A stretch of 62,809 nt of DNA, the filler included, from Chiloscyllium plagiosum (taxonomy: Eukaryota), in assembly GCF_004010195.1 (NCBI RefSeq). It is 5 parts of one record of this genome, joined end to end, with 100 filler letters (N's around TTAATTAATTAA, not from the genome) between each part and the next. Parts side by side here need not be neighbours in the genome. Positions count along the whole stretch, not along the records: positions 44,753 to 54,434 come from NC_057710.1; positions 54,535 to 62,809 come from NC_057710.1; 3 more parts are not named here. One strand, written 5' to 3'. Positions within the stretch are counted from its first letter, which is position 1. Every line of letters begins with the position of its first letter. Position numbers and translations under genes: made by a program. This document shows, piece by piece, positions 50,245 through 62,119 of the stretch. Below the pieces are notes generated by a model. That model was not told the DNA's origin. It made no database searches and worked only from the letters and a program-made list of their open reading frames with translations.

Positions 50245-51870
50245 CCAGGAGCAGGCCATTTGCTCCACCATTCAATATGATCATGACTGATCCTCTATCT
50301 CAATCCATATTGCCACTATCTCTTCATATTCCTTGATACCTTTAAAATCTTTTTTTTTTAAATTATCTATCTCTTTCTTTGAACATTTTTAGTGACTTGG
50401 CCTCCACACCTTTTGCGAAGGGTAAAACTTCCATTGGTTCACTATCCTTTGAGTGAAGCAATGTTTCAAATTCTATTGTTTCAATACATTCAATTTTTCC
50501 ATAGATATCTGATTTTCATAAGAGCAATGCTGCACAGCATATGCAACCTTATAAAGATTTGAGTCAGGAGCAGGTTTAGGCCTTTCAGTCCTTCAAACCT
50601 GCTCTGTATTCAATAACTCATGAATGAGCTGATTCTAAGCTGAGATCTGCACTCTGGCCTATCCTTAATAACATTTCACCCTTTTGCATAGCAAGAATCA
50701 ATCTACCTCTGTTTCTGCTATGTTTTTGGGAAAAGCGTTTTACAGACTCTTGACCCTCTGAGAGGATAACGTTCATACCTGTTTTAAGTGATGATGCCCA
50801 ATTATAAATAGTGACCCCCAATTCTAGACTCTTCCATAAAAGGAAAGCTCCTCTCCACATCGGTCCTATTGTGAACCCCTAGAATCTCATGTGTCAATCA
50901 AATTACCTCCCATTCTTTCAAACTCTAGCAGATGCAAGCTTAGCCTGTTTAACATTCTCTTATTAAAAAAAAACTCACCCATTCCAGATGCTGGTATAAT
51001 GAAACCTCTCTGAATTATCTCCAACACTTATATCCTTCCTCAAATAAGGTGAACTGAACTATACACAGTGTTCTAAATATGGTCTCTCCAATCTCACTTT
51101 GTCAATAAATCATAACTTCCTTATATTTGTATTTAAATTCTGTCACAACAAATTATATATTTTTATTCACTTCCCTAATTACTTGCAGTATCTGTATACT
51201 AATCTTTTGTAATTCTAGCATGAGAACACACAGTTCTACTGCTCCTGAATCACTCTGCAATCACTCACCATTTAGATGATATAGTTCCATATTTTATTCT
51301 TCCTGCCAAAATGAACAATGGCACATTTTTCCAGATTATGTCCCATTTGTCCACTCTGTTAACTTATCCATAGCTTTTTGTAAGCTCATTATGTCATCTT
51401 CACAATTTATTGTCTATCTTTGGAGCATGTGATTTCAGGAATTTAAGTATAGTGCATCCACCACTTTCCCTTTGTCCAAAGCAAGTCAAAAATGCTCCAA
51501 TAGATTGATTATACATGACATTTTTTTCAAAAAACCATGTTCACTCTGCCTAATTGCCCAACCTTATCTAAGTGCCCTGTTATAACTTTGTTAATAATAG
51601 CTTAACATTTTGAGGTTCAGCTATATAGCCTGTAGTTTCTTGGTTTCTGTCTCCCTTCCTTTTATTGGCAATTAAGTTACATTTGCTTTCTTACAACCTA
51701 ATGAAATAACCCTTGAAGCAAGAAAGTTTTGGAAAATTAAAACAAACACATCAACTATATTACTAGTCACTTCCTTTAAGACCCAGGGATAAAGTCCACT
51801 GGGACCTCGTCACTTGTCAGCCTTTAACTCCAACAATTTACTCAGAATCACTACTCTGGTAATTGTGATT
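50245..51870 (-). mobile_element. Old CR1 fragments
   Basis: Degenerate reverse-complement similarity to CR1 3' UTR and RT copies. Confidence 0.6.
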
Positions 51871-51959
51871 TTGCTCCCTCCTTTACAATTCCTTTCTTTC
51901 AATTTATCTGTGGGATGCGTGAATTACTGGCTCGGCCAACATTTATTGTCACGCGCTAA

Positions 51960-52770
51960 TTGGCCTTGACCATGCAGGACGGCATGCTAGGAGCAACACC
52001 AGGCATACTGAAAATAAGGTGTCATTCTGGTGAAGTTACCAAACAGGACAAATTGTGTGCTAATCAAGAAAAACAGCAAGTGATAGGTATAGTTAAGCAA
52101 TTTCAAAACCAACCAATCTACTCAAAGCCCTGCAACCCCGTCGCATCCAGTCGTGAATGGTAGAGGATAATTAAACAACTCATTGGAGGAGGAGTCATTG
52201 GCTGAACACTCTCTGCTCATTCCTGAAGAAGGGCCTGTGCCCGAAACGTCGAATCTCCTGTTCCCTGGATGCTGCCTGACCTGCTGTGCTGTTCCAGCAA
52301 TAAAGTTTCAACATTGGAGGAGGAGGCCTCACAAACATCCCCATTGGAGGAGCAAAGCAAATCAGTGCAAAGAAAAGGTTGAAGGATTTACAGCAATTTT
52401 TAGCCAGAAATGTCAAGTGGATGATCCATCTCCATCTCCTCCTGTGGTCCCCTGCATTATACATACCAGTCTTCACCCAATTTGATTCACTCCATGTAAT
52501 ATCAAGAAACAATTGCAGCCATTGATACTGCAAAGATTATTGGCCCTGACAACATGCTGGCAAAAGTACTGAGGGCTTGTGCTGCAAAACAGGCTGCACC
52601 CCTAGCTAAGCTCTTCTAATACAGTTACAACACTGGCATCCATCAACAATGTGGAAAATTGCCCAGGAATGCTCTGTAAATTAAAAGCAGGACAAATCCA
52701 ACTCAGCCAGTTACTATCTCATCAGTCTACACTCAGGTATCACTGAAGTGATGAAAGGTGTCATCAACAG
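51960..52770 (+). mobile_element. L2-like LINE ORF2 fragment
   Basis: Colinear with 4430-5045 (gcatccagt.gtgaat.g and ggccctgacaa segments). Confidence 0.75.
52195..52311 (+). mobile_element. Young solo pLTR insertion with hammerhead at 52219-52254
   Basis: Identical to the arm at 18780-18876. Perfect 14-bp TSD cattggaggaggag at 52181-52194 / 52312-52325. Confidence 0.92.
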
Positions 52771-54434
52771 AACGCAGAACCGAGAGCAGGAATATGCAAT
52801 TCAGCCCCCCAAGGCTGCTTCACCATTTAATATGATCATGGCTGACCTCTTCTTGACCTCAACTTCACATTCCTGTTCACTCTCCATAACCCTAAAAATC
52901 TGTCTCTCTCCTCCTTAAATTTGTTCAAAGTCCCAGCATTAACCACACTCTGGGATAGTAAATTCCACAATCTTCTTTGAGAAGTAATTTCTCCTCATCT
53001 CTGTTTTAAAACTGCTATCTCTTTATTATAAAGGGTTTATAAAATCATGAGGAGCATATATAGGATAAATAGACAAAGTCTCTTCCCTGGGGTGAAGAGG
53101 GTGGTACGTGTATGGAATGAACTGCCAGAAGAAGTGGTGGAGGCTAGTAAATTGCAGCATTTAAAAGGCATCTGGATGGGTATATGAATTTGAAGGGTTT
53201 GGAGGGATATGGTTGGGGTTGGGGTGTATGGTCGGCATGGGTGAGTTGGACCAGAGGGTCTGCTTCTGTCCTGTACGTCTCTATAATTCTAAAACTATGG
53301 CCTTTCGGTCTAGATTGTCCTACGTAAGGAAACGTCTTTTCTACATCTATTTTGTCAATCTCCTTTAACATCTTATATACCTCAAATAGACCTCATTCTT
53401 CCAAACTCCATGCAGTATGTGCTTAAACTGCTCAATCTATCTTCATTAGGCAAACTCATCTCTGGAATAAATCAAGGAATCTATGACATCTGCATCCCTC
53501 CTCAAGCAAAAGGATCTTTATTGTAAGCAATACTCCAGGAACAGTGTAATCTGGACATTTTGCAAGATGTCACCATCTATTTCGCTACGGTCTTATATTT
53601 TCCATATCCTTTTCCATAGGAAATACTGATGCAAAATACCCATTTTCTGCGGCTCCACACAAAGGCCGCCTTGCTGATCTTTGAGGGGCGCTATTCTCTC
53701 CCGAGTTACCCTTTTGTCCTTAATATATTTGTAAAAACCCTTTGGATTCTCCTTAATTCTATTTGCCAAAGCTATCTCATGTCCCCTATTTTGCCCTCCT
53801 GATTTTCCTCTTAAGTGTACTCCTACTGCCTTTATACTCTTCTAAGGATTCACTCGATCTATCCTGTCTATACCTGACATATGCTTCCTTCTTTTTCTTA
53901 ACCAAACCCTCAATTTCTTTAGTCATCTAGCATTCCCTATTCCTACCAGCCTTTCCTTTCACCCTGACAGGAATATACATTCTCTGGATTCTCGTTATCT
54001 CATTTCTGAAGGCTTCCCAAATATACATTCTCTGGATTCACGTTATCTCATTTCTGAAGGCTTCCCATTTTCCAGCCGTCCCTTTACCTGCGAACATCCG
54101 CCCCCAATCAGCTTTTGAATGTTTTTGCCTAATACTGTCAAAATTGGCCTTTCTCCAATTTAGAACTTCAACTTTTAGATCTGGTCTATCCTTTTCCATC
54201 ACTATTTTAAATCTAATAGAATTATGGTCGCTGGCCCCAAAGTGCTCCCCCACTGACACCTCAGTCACCTGCCCTGCCTTATTTCCCAAGAGTAGGTCAA
54301 GTTTTGCACCTTCTCTAGTAGGTACATCCACATACTGAATCAGAAAATGGTCTTGTACACACTTAAGAATTTCCTCTCCGTCTACACCTTTAACTCTATG
54401 GCAGTCCCAGTTGATGTTTGGAAAGTTAAAATCC
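52770..54434 (-). mobile_element. CR1 fragments, with a plus-strand CR1 3' piece nested at about 53033-53285
   Basis: ORF 54038-54331 reads LDLLLGN..GASDHNSIRF (APE end). A 48-bp tandem duplication lies at about 53972-54068. Confidence 0.82.
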
Positions 54435-54534
54435 NNNNNNNNNNNNNNNNNNNNNNNNNNNNNNNNNNNNNNNNNNNNTTAATTAATTAANNNNNNNNNN
54501 NNNNNNNNNNNNNNNNNNNNNNNNNNNNNNNNNN

Positions 54535-54817
54535 CCTGCCTATCTTCTTTTCCACCTATCCACCCCACCCTCCTCCCTGACCTCTCACCTTCATCCCCTC
54601 CCCCACTCACCTATTATACTCCATGCTACTTTCTCCCCACCCCCACCCTCCTCTAGCTTATCTCTCCACGCTTCAGGCTCTCTGCCTTTATTCCTGATGA
54701 AGGGCTTTTGCCTGAAACGTCGATTTTGCTGCTCCTCGGATGCTACCTGAACTGCTGTGCTCTTCCAGCACCACTAATCCAGAATCTGGTTTCCAGCATC
54801 TGCAGTCATTGTTTTTA
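54535..54817 (+). mobile_element. PLE 3' UTR/pLTR with hammerhead motif at about 54690-54725
   Basis: attcCTGATGAaGGGCttttGCCTGAAACGTCgatt. Confidence 0.85.
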
Positions 54818-55629
54818 CAAAGCCATTCAAGAGTCTAGTTGCATGATTAATGAGGTGAAGAAGAGAAGATGGTGTGAGAATTGTCACAAAAGCTCAGAGA
54901 CCAGGCACCAGGAACCTCACTCAATAAAACAACTTCACTGAAAATCGGAAAATTCTGTTCCTCGTGTTCTCTTGCAAAGAATAAACATATCATTGATCCC
55001 CAGTAGGAGAGATACTGGACTCAAAATCGCAGCTTTTAAAGAGTTTATTTCACTCAGTTTTACAAGAAATAAGATACTTAACAATGTCAAATTAACACAT
55101 TTTTCAACTCTTGTAATATCAAAAAGAATTCTACTGTGGCTTTAGAAAATCTCTTCCGTGTACTTTACAAGAAAAATAATCTTTACTTTAGATTAAGGGA
55201 AAGGGACAATTGATTTGACCATGCAGTCAATATTAATCACATCAAAATGGAATTGATCCAATAAAATATTAAAGTTGTACATGTGAGACGGTACTTTTGA
55301 TGGGAAAAAGAAAGTGAAATATGTCAGTTCACAATTTTAAACATATACTTCATACTGATGGTCACAGAGAATTGTTCCTTTTAATATTATAATGAAGCTT
55401 GGAGGCAAATCTTGCTTGATGCACTGGATCCCCTGGGTGCAATTGGTAAAGGTTACTTAGTGTAGAAAAAGGTGACCCCATTTAGGCTTCTGCCTACTGA
55501 AGTACAAGAATGGCTAATGACCTGAGTGCACACTGTCCCTAGCCTAAATATCCTGTATGAGCAATACAATTTCTACAGCTCCGGTAGGAGTGGTGCAGAG
55601 GATGACAGCATCTATATTTATGTGATAAT

Positions 55630-55875
55630 AGTATCTTTTTAATAAAGGCATTTACAAAATTATGAAGGGCATGGATAGGATAAATAGACAAAGTCTTTTC
55701 CCTGGGGTCAGGGAGTACAGAACTAGAGGGCATAGGTTTAGGGTGAGAGGAGAAAGATATGAAAGAGACCTCAGGGGCAACTTTTTCATGCAGAGGGTGG
55801 TATGTGTATGGAATGAGCTGCCAGAGGATGTAGTGGAGGCTGGTACAATTGCAACTTAAGAGACATTTGGATGAG
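55630..55875 (+). mobile_element. CR1 3' fragment
   Basis: ORF 55662-55859 reads RTRGH..FFMQRVV..WNELP. Confidence 0.88.
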
Positions 55876-55989
55876 TACAGAGTGCTGACATGATTGAATT
55901 GAGTTAGGACATGATACTGCAACTTGTTGCTCAATGCATTCAATTTTAGACAAAGTTCAATTTGTTTAGAAAGACCAAATGAGTTTTGC

Positions 55990-57180
55990 ATTAATGGTGC
56001 TGGAAGAGCACAGCAGTTCAGGCAGCATCCGAGGAGCAGTAAAATCGACGTTTCGGGCAAAAGCCCTTCATCAGGAATACAAGCAGAGAGCCTGAAGGGT
56101 GGAGAGATAAGTGAGAGGAGGGTAGTGGTGGGGAGAAAGTAGCACAGAGTACAATAGGTGAGTGGGGGAAGGGATGAAGGTGATGGGTCGGGGGGTTGGG
56201 TGGAGTGGATAGGTGGAAAAGAAGATAGGCAGGTAGGACAAGNNNNNNNNNNNNNNNNNNNNNNNNNNNNNNNNNNNNNNNNNNNNNNNNNNNNNNNNNN
56301 NNNNNNNNNNNNNNNNNNNNNNNNNNNNNNNNNNNNNNNNNNNNNNNNNNNNNNNNNNNNNNNNNNNNNNNNNNNNNNNNNNNNNNNNNNNNNNNNNNNN
56401 NNNNNNNNNNNNNNNNNNNNNNNNNNNNNNNNNNNNNNNNNNNNNNNNNNNNNNNNNNNNNNNNNNNNNNNNNNNNNNNNNNNNNNNNNNNNNNNNNNNN
56501 NNNNNNNNNNNNNNNNNNNNNNNNNNNNNNNNNNNNNNNNNNNNNNNNNNNNNNNNNNNNNNNNNNNNNNNNNNNNNNNNNNNNNNNNNNNNNNNNNNNN
56601 NNNNNNNNNNNNNNNNNNNNNNNNNNNNNNNNNNNNNNNNNNNNNNNNNNNNNNNNNNNNNNNNNNNNNNNNNNNNNNNNNNNNNNNNNNNNNNNNNNNN
56701 NNNNNNNNNNNNNNNNNNNNNNNNNNNNNNNNNNNNNNNNNNNNNNNNNNNNNNNNNNNNNNNNNNNNNNNNNNNNNNNNNNNNNNNNNNNNNNNNNNNN
56801 NNNNNNNNNNNNNNNNNNNNNNNNNNNNNTCCTCCTGGTAGCAGATACGGTGGAGGTGGAGGAATTGGGAATACGGGATGGCATTTTTGCAGGAGGTAGG
56901 TTGGGAAGAGGTGTAATCCAGGTAGCTGTGGGAGTCGGTGGGTTTGTAAAAATTGTCAGTATCAAGTCGGTCGTCATTAATGGAGATGGAGAGGTCCAGG
57001 AAGGGGAGGGAGGTGTCAGAGATGGTGCAGGTAAATTTGAGTTCAGGGTGGAATGTGTTGGTGAAGTTGATGAATTGCTCAACCTCCTCGCGGGAGCACG
57101 AGGTGGCGCCAATGCAGTCATCAATGTAGCGGAGGAAGAGGTGGGGAGTGGTGCTGGTGTAATTACAGAAGATCAACTGT
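55990..57180 (-). mobile_element. Penelope-like element: RT core, gap, then pLTR with hammerhead at 56043-56078
   Basis: FLRYIDDCIG, LPFLD and YKPTDSHSYLDY..KNAIPYSQF are PLE RT motifs. Confidence 0.93.
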
Positions 57181-58012
57181 TCTGCAACCTAGTTTGTGTG
57201 ATTTTGTCTCTACTTAGCTGTCAAAGTCATAAAATCTGGCTGTGCCTTCCTCCAAATTGTTCTTTGTTCCAATAACAGTCTCTTGGCTGTGTTAGATTTT
57301 TGATGTTTATCTGTTTCTGAGCTTGATCATCCAGTTGTTCACACCCCACTCTCCAAAAAGATCTTGAAGCAATAGGTGCTGTGGAGACAAAATCTGACAT
57401 TTATTGTAACTCGGCTGTGTTCCTCATAACGTTCACCTCTGTTTCCTTTCAAGCTGTTTTAAACTTGCTTCTTGAAAAAATGTGAAAATGAACTTCACTT
57501 GTGGGGAAACAGGGAAGCTGACAGTGAAGAAACAAAATAGGGTACTGGATAGTATCCTCCAAGTTCTGTGTTATTCAATGTGCTTGTTTTGTCTGACTGT
57601 GTCTACAATTTTTCTTTTATTGAAACATTGCTTCCCTGTCCAAATATGCATTTATAACATTACTAAATTATGCAGCATTTTATTTGTGCATTTTATTGTG
57701 CAATTAGGAATAGTGTCTAGTGGATCAATGTAAATCAATAGAAGATTCTCTTGATTCCAATCTAATCTATTTTCTTCCCTCTTTTAAACCAGGTTCTTTG
57801 ATATCTCTGACTCAAGTACTGAGGTAGTGGTCAATACATAGCAAGTCAATTTGGAGCATTGTAATCAAAAACCAATAGATCTATTGGGATAATCTGTATT
57901 GACTTGCCTGATGGAGACTTCCCTTCTAGGTCATTCCTTCTGTCCTTATACAGAAGCTGGCACTCTGGGATGTGACTTGATTTCCTGTCATTGCTTTGCT
58001 AGATCTGTCTAC

Positions 58013-58170
58013 AGGGGTGGCACAGCGGTTAGCACTGCTGCCTCACGGTGCCAGGCATTTGAGTTTGATTCCAGCCTCAGGTGACTGTGTGGAGTTTGCA
58101 CATTTTCCCCATGTCTGCATGGGTTTCCTCCCACTGACCAAAGATGTTCAGGTTAGGTGGATGTGCGATG
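58013..58170 (+). mobile_element. V-SINE, diverged
   Basis: tRNA-like head and V-domain. Confidence 0.75.
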
Positions 58171-58537
58171 ATAAATGCAGGCTTACAAGGATAGAGGGAG
58201 GGTGTCAGTTTAAGAAACAGATAAATATCAAAAATTGATCACAGGTCAGCAGGTGGCAGGGATATAGTGAAGTGCTGACATTAGTGAGAGTTTCATGGTG
58301 TGGGTTGGTCAGTTTAACAGTTATCAACTAGCTAGAGTATGTCTTTAACTAACTTTCCCTGAGTAATCACTAAGCTCAAGTGAGTCCCGAGTCTCTTGAT
58401 TTATTGGAAGGTGTCAGACGCAGAGGAATAGTCCACTGGAAAACTCAATTTCCTGGGTATTCTGCATTGTCCTGTCACAGAACTATTCTACTCCAATCAC
58501 TCTTTGGCCAGAGCATTGTCTTATATTTACTGGGATT

Positions 58538-58876
58538 GGGGCGGCACGGTGATTCAGTAGTCAGCACTGCTACCTCACAGCGCCAGGGACCTGGGTTCGA
58601 TTCCAACTTCAGGCGACTGTGTGTGTGGAGTTTGCACATCCTCCCCGTGTATGTATGGGTTTCCTCCAGGTGGTCTAGTTTCCTCCCACAATCCAAAAAT
58701 GTGCTGGTTAGGTGAATTGACCATGCTAAATTGCATTAGTGTTCAGGGATGTGTAAGTTAGGTGCATTAGTGAGGGGTAAATATAAGGGAATGGGTCAGG
58801 GTGGGTTAGTCTTTGGAGGATCGGTGTAGACTTGTTGGGCTGAAGGGCCTGTTTCCACACTGTAGGGATTCTGTGA
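58538..58876 (+). mobile_element. HE1-type V-SINE
   Basis: gggcggcacggtg head, V-domain and CR1-like tail. Confidence 0.88.
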
Positions 58877-60592
58877 TTAGCTGCTTCTCCTTCAAGGACC
58901 AAAATTGTTCACCCATCTGAATCCATGTGATAACATCAAATGAGGCTGTGTTTAATGCATTCTTCACCATTAACCATTCAGACCTTATATCTTCATATAA
59001 CAGTAGCTGCTGCTCTTCTGATGCCAATGTTACTCTCTGATGTTTGGCCCTTCTTCAGCTCCTATTCTGCACAGGTAGGAAGTGACTGTATCCAGGACTG
59101 TGCCCAACAGTAGAATCTGACCAACTGACCCAACTGGGTGGGGTGCCTGGAGGTGGCGCTGGCGAAATTTCACCCAATGTTTCACCCTTCTGGCATTGAG
59201 AGGGCCGTTGGGATTCTTTAACCCAGTCAGGAAAATGGAATCCTATATATAGCAAGGCAGATCACCACTTCCTCTTAGGCAATGAGGGATGGGTAATAAA
59301 TGCTGACGCAATCAATGACAACCATACCTGCATGTGAACTAAACAAAAAGATATTTCATCAACCACCCCAACCCCAAACTATTATTTTTGGATCAGGAAT
59401 TTCTGATCTTACCCAGAGTTACAGTAGTTGGGATTTTTAAATTTCAATCGTAATTTTAGACAATCTTAATGGAATCTCAAAGCTGTTTTGATGTGTGTTC
59501 CAAAATGTCCTGCAGGAAAGTTGATGTACAGGACATCAAGAGGCTGTGTTCTTTTTTGTTCTTGCCACAATAGAAATTTTCTCAATGGTTTAAAACCTAC
59601 ATATATGGTTAAGCAATGGATTTTAAATAGAAGGATGTTCCACATTAATAACCATGCTTGTTCTCCTAAAAGACCAATCCTCTGTTCAATATCTTGTGAA
59701 GAGTTGCATAAAATCACTATAGCAAGCTATTGAATCACCTGAATATAAAGATGCTGAATGCATCATTTTTAGCAAGGTAATATTCTAAAACAACATGATT
59801 TCCATAACAACTGGCATTTGATTAGAGTTCATGAAAAGATAGGTGGAAGTGTCTGATCAGCATTTCAATCTCAATATAATAATGGGCTTGGTCAGCGCTC
59901 AACTAATGAACATTCACAATTGACCACAGTACATTTTAAGACATGAGAAACAGGAAGGCAGAGGTCTCATTACACCTTATGAAAACATTGTTTTTACACT
60001 GCACTTTAAACTGTCTCTAAATTATTATTTAATGGAGTGCAGTTTCCTGAATTTTCTTGTAAAAGAGCACTGTCCTTGGTTCCTTATCTCAAATTAATGC
60101 AGCTAATTCCAGAAACTTGATTACATCATTGCCTTTCATGTTGCATTGCATGCAAACCACTGATAGCCAGCTTTCATTTATCAAAGATACTCAGCTTCTT
60201 AGAAATCAGGTCTGGAGCCAATAGGATTACTTTTCAATGGCTTATTGAGGCATGAAATAGCACCTCCAAGTGGAGTGAAACGGTAGTACATAATGTTGTG
60301 TGAATATCTAAGTGATCATAGATGAGTTATAAGTTATGAAGCTTGCAGCATTGTGTTTGACAGAATTATAAGGCAAAAAAGAAGAAAAAAACTAGTTCCT
60401 TAAAGCAAGATAGGTAACTATATGACGATAAACTATTTTAAGGTAATTCATCTAATCAGGGTGTTTATATTCTACCTCGATGTAATCAGAGGTCAAAACA
60501 TAAATCTTGTAATTTTCTTATTTTTAAGGTACACTGATTAGTTTCATACTATTTTCTTTCTTAACATAATAGCAATTATTGTAACAAACAAA

Positions 60593-60914
60593 GGGGTGGC
60601 ATGGTGGCTCAGTGGCTAGCACTGCAGCCTCACACCACCAGGGACCCAGGTTCAATCCCAGCCTTGGGTGACTGTCTGTGTGGAGTTTGCACATTCTCCA
60701 TGTGTCAGTGTGGGTCTCCTCCGGGTGCTCTGGCTTCCTCCCACAGTCCAAAGATGTGCACGTCAGGTGGATTAGCTGTGCCAAAATTGCCCGTAGTGTT
60801 AGGTGCATTAGTTAGAGTGTGATAGGTCTGGGTGGGTTGCTCTTCAGAGGGTTGGTGTGGACTTGTTGGGCTGAAGAGCCTGTTTCCACACTTTAGGGAA
60901 TCTAATCTAATCTA
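60593..60914 (+). mobile_element. HE1-type V-SINE
   Basis: Head, V-domain and (aatct)n tail. Confidence 0.88.
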
Positions 60915-61079
60915 ATTTTTAAATAAAACAGAGCTGGAGATTGATGCAGCCAAGGCGACAGAGAGAGAAGGTGGGTCCAATGTGAGACTGTAAAGAATGT
61001 TATCAGTTGTTACAAGCAAGTGAGGATGATGCATTATCTTCCCTCTTTTCATTTGAACCCCTTCTTGACTGTTTGCAAT

Positions 61080-61322
61080 AGATTAGATTCCCTACAGCGT
61101 GGAGACAGGCCATTCACCCCAACCAGTAACCCACCCAGACCCATTTCCCTCTGGCTAATGCACCTAACACTATGGGCAATTTAGCATGGCCAATCCACCT
61201 AACCTGCTCATCTTTGGATTGTGTGAAGAAGCCCACACAGGCAGTCAGCTAAGGCTGGAATTGAACCCCTATTCCTAATACTGTGAGACTGCAGTGCTAA
61301 CCACTGAACTACTACAGTGCCC
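61080..61322 (-). mobile_element. V-SINE, internally deleted
   Basis: Reverse complement of the HE1-type consensus seen in other copies. Confidence 0.75.
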
Positions 61323-62119
61323 AAATAGCTCTGCTTCGTTTTTAATGTTGTCTTTGATCACAGGCTGTATCTAGGAGGTTCTCTTCAGATTCGGTTAAAT
61401 GCAGTTAAGAGAAAACTCAACAATAGCAGTTTGCTTAAATGTGAACATTTATTGAGTAATAATGAAAGATTGAAAAGGAAGGAAAAAGACTGAAATATGA
61501 ACATCTATTAAGTAATTTTTTTAAAATGGAAAAGGAAGGGAAAGAAAGCAATGAGCCCCACCCCCTCCTGCATAACGGGGACCCCTCTATCGACAGCTGC
61601 TCTGGAGGCTTAGGTTTGTTCCTGGCACTGCTAGCAATCCTGATCCGAGGTGAAGTCCGATGTCTTGGAACTAAACTCTCTCTCTTGTCGGGTAACAAAC
61701 AGCAAGGCACAGAAAACAGGACAGAAAAGCAACTTTGATGATGCCGTCTTTGGCACATACAGGAATGTTCACGGGACTCATTCAAGGTCATGTAGCTGTT
61801 GAATATCATCGGTACGTTTAGCCCTTCATCCCATCCTATACAAATATGCAGCTTTCATACTTCACTTAAACCATAATTAGCCAGTTCAAAATGAAGGAGT
61901 CAGAGTTATAACGTTACCTATACATAAGATAATCTATTCCAAACAGGAAGGTAAAGGCATTTGGATTTTAAAGTCCAAAGAACATATAAGTTGAGAGAAT
62001 TTAGCATATATGATGTAATCTGCCCCTTGGTCTATAGGACATATGTTTATGATCATGGTCTACCCAAACATTATGGCTGCATTCACTGCTATCAGTCTTT
62101 CTTAGCTGTATTAGCCTAA

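Noticed and set aside
44254..54190. Large inverted repeat between 44254-44652 and 53736-54185
   Set aside because: These are two copies of an abundant young CR1 family, both next to gaps, with no evidence of a single composite element.
55539..57176. 545-aa, 368-aa and 227-aa ORFs as genes
   Set aside because: Their length is inflated by a 588-nt N gap. The real content is a PLE RT fragment and non-coding pLTR.
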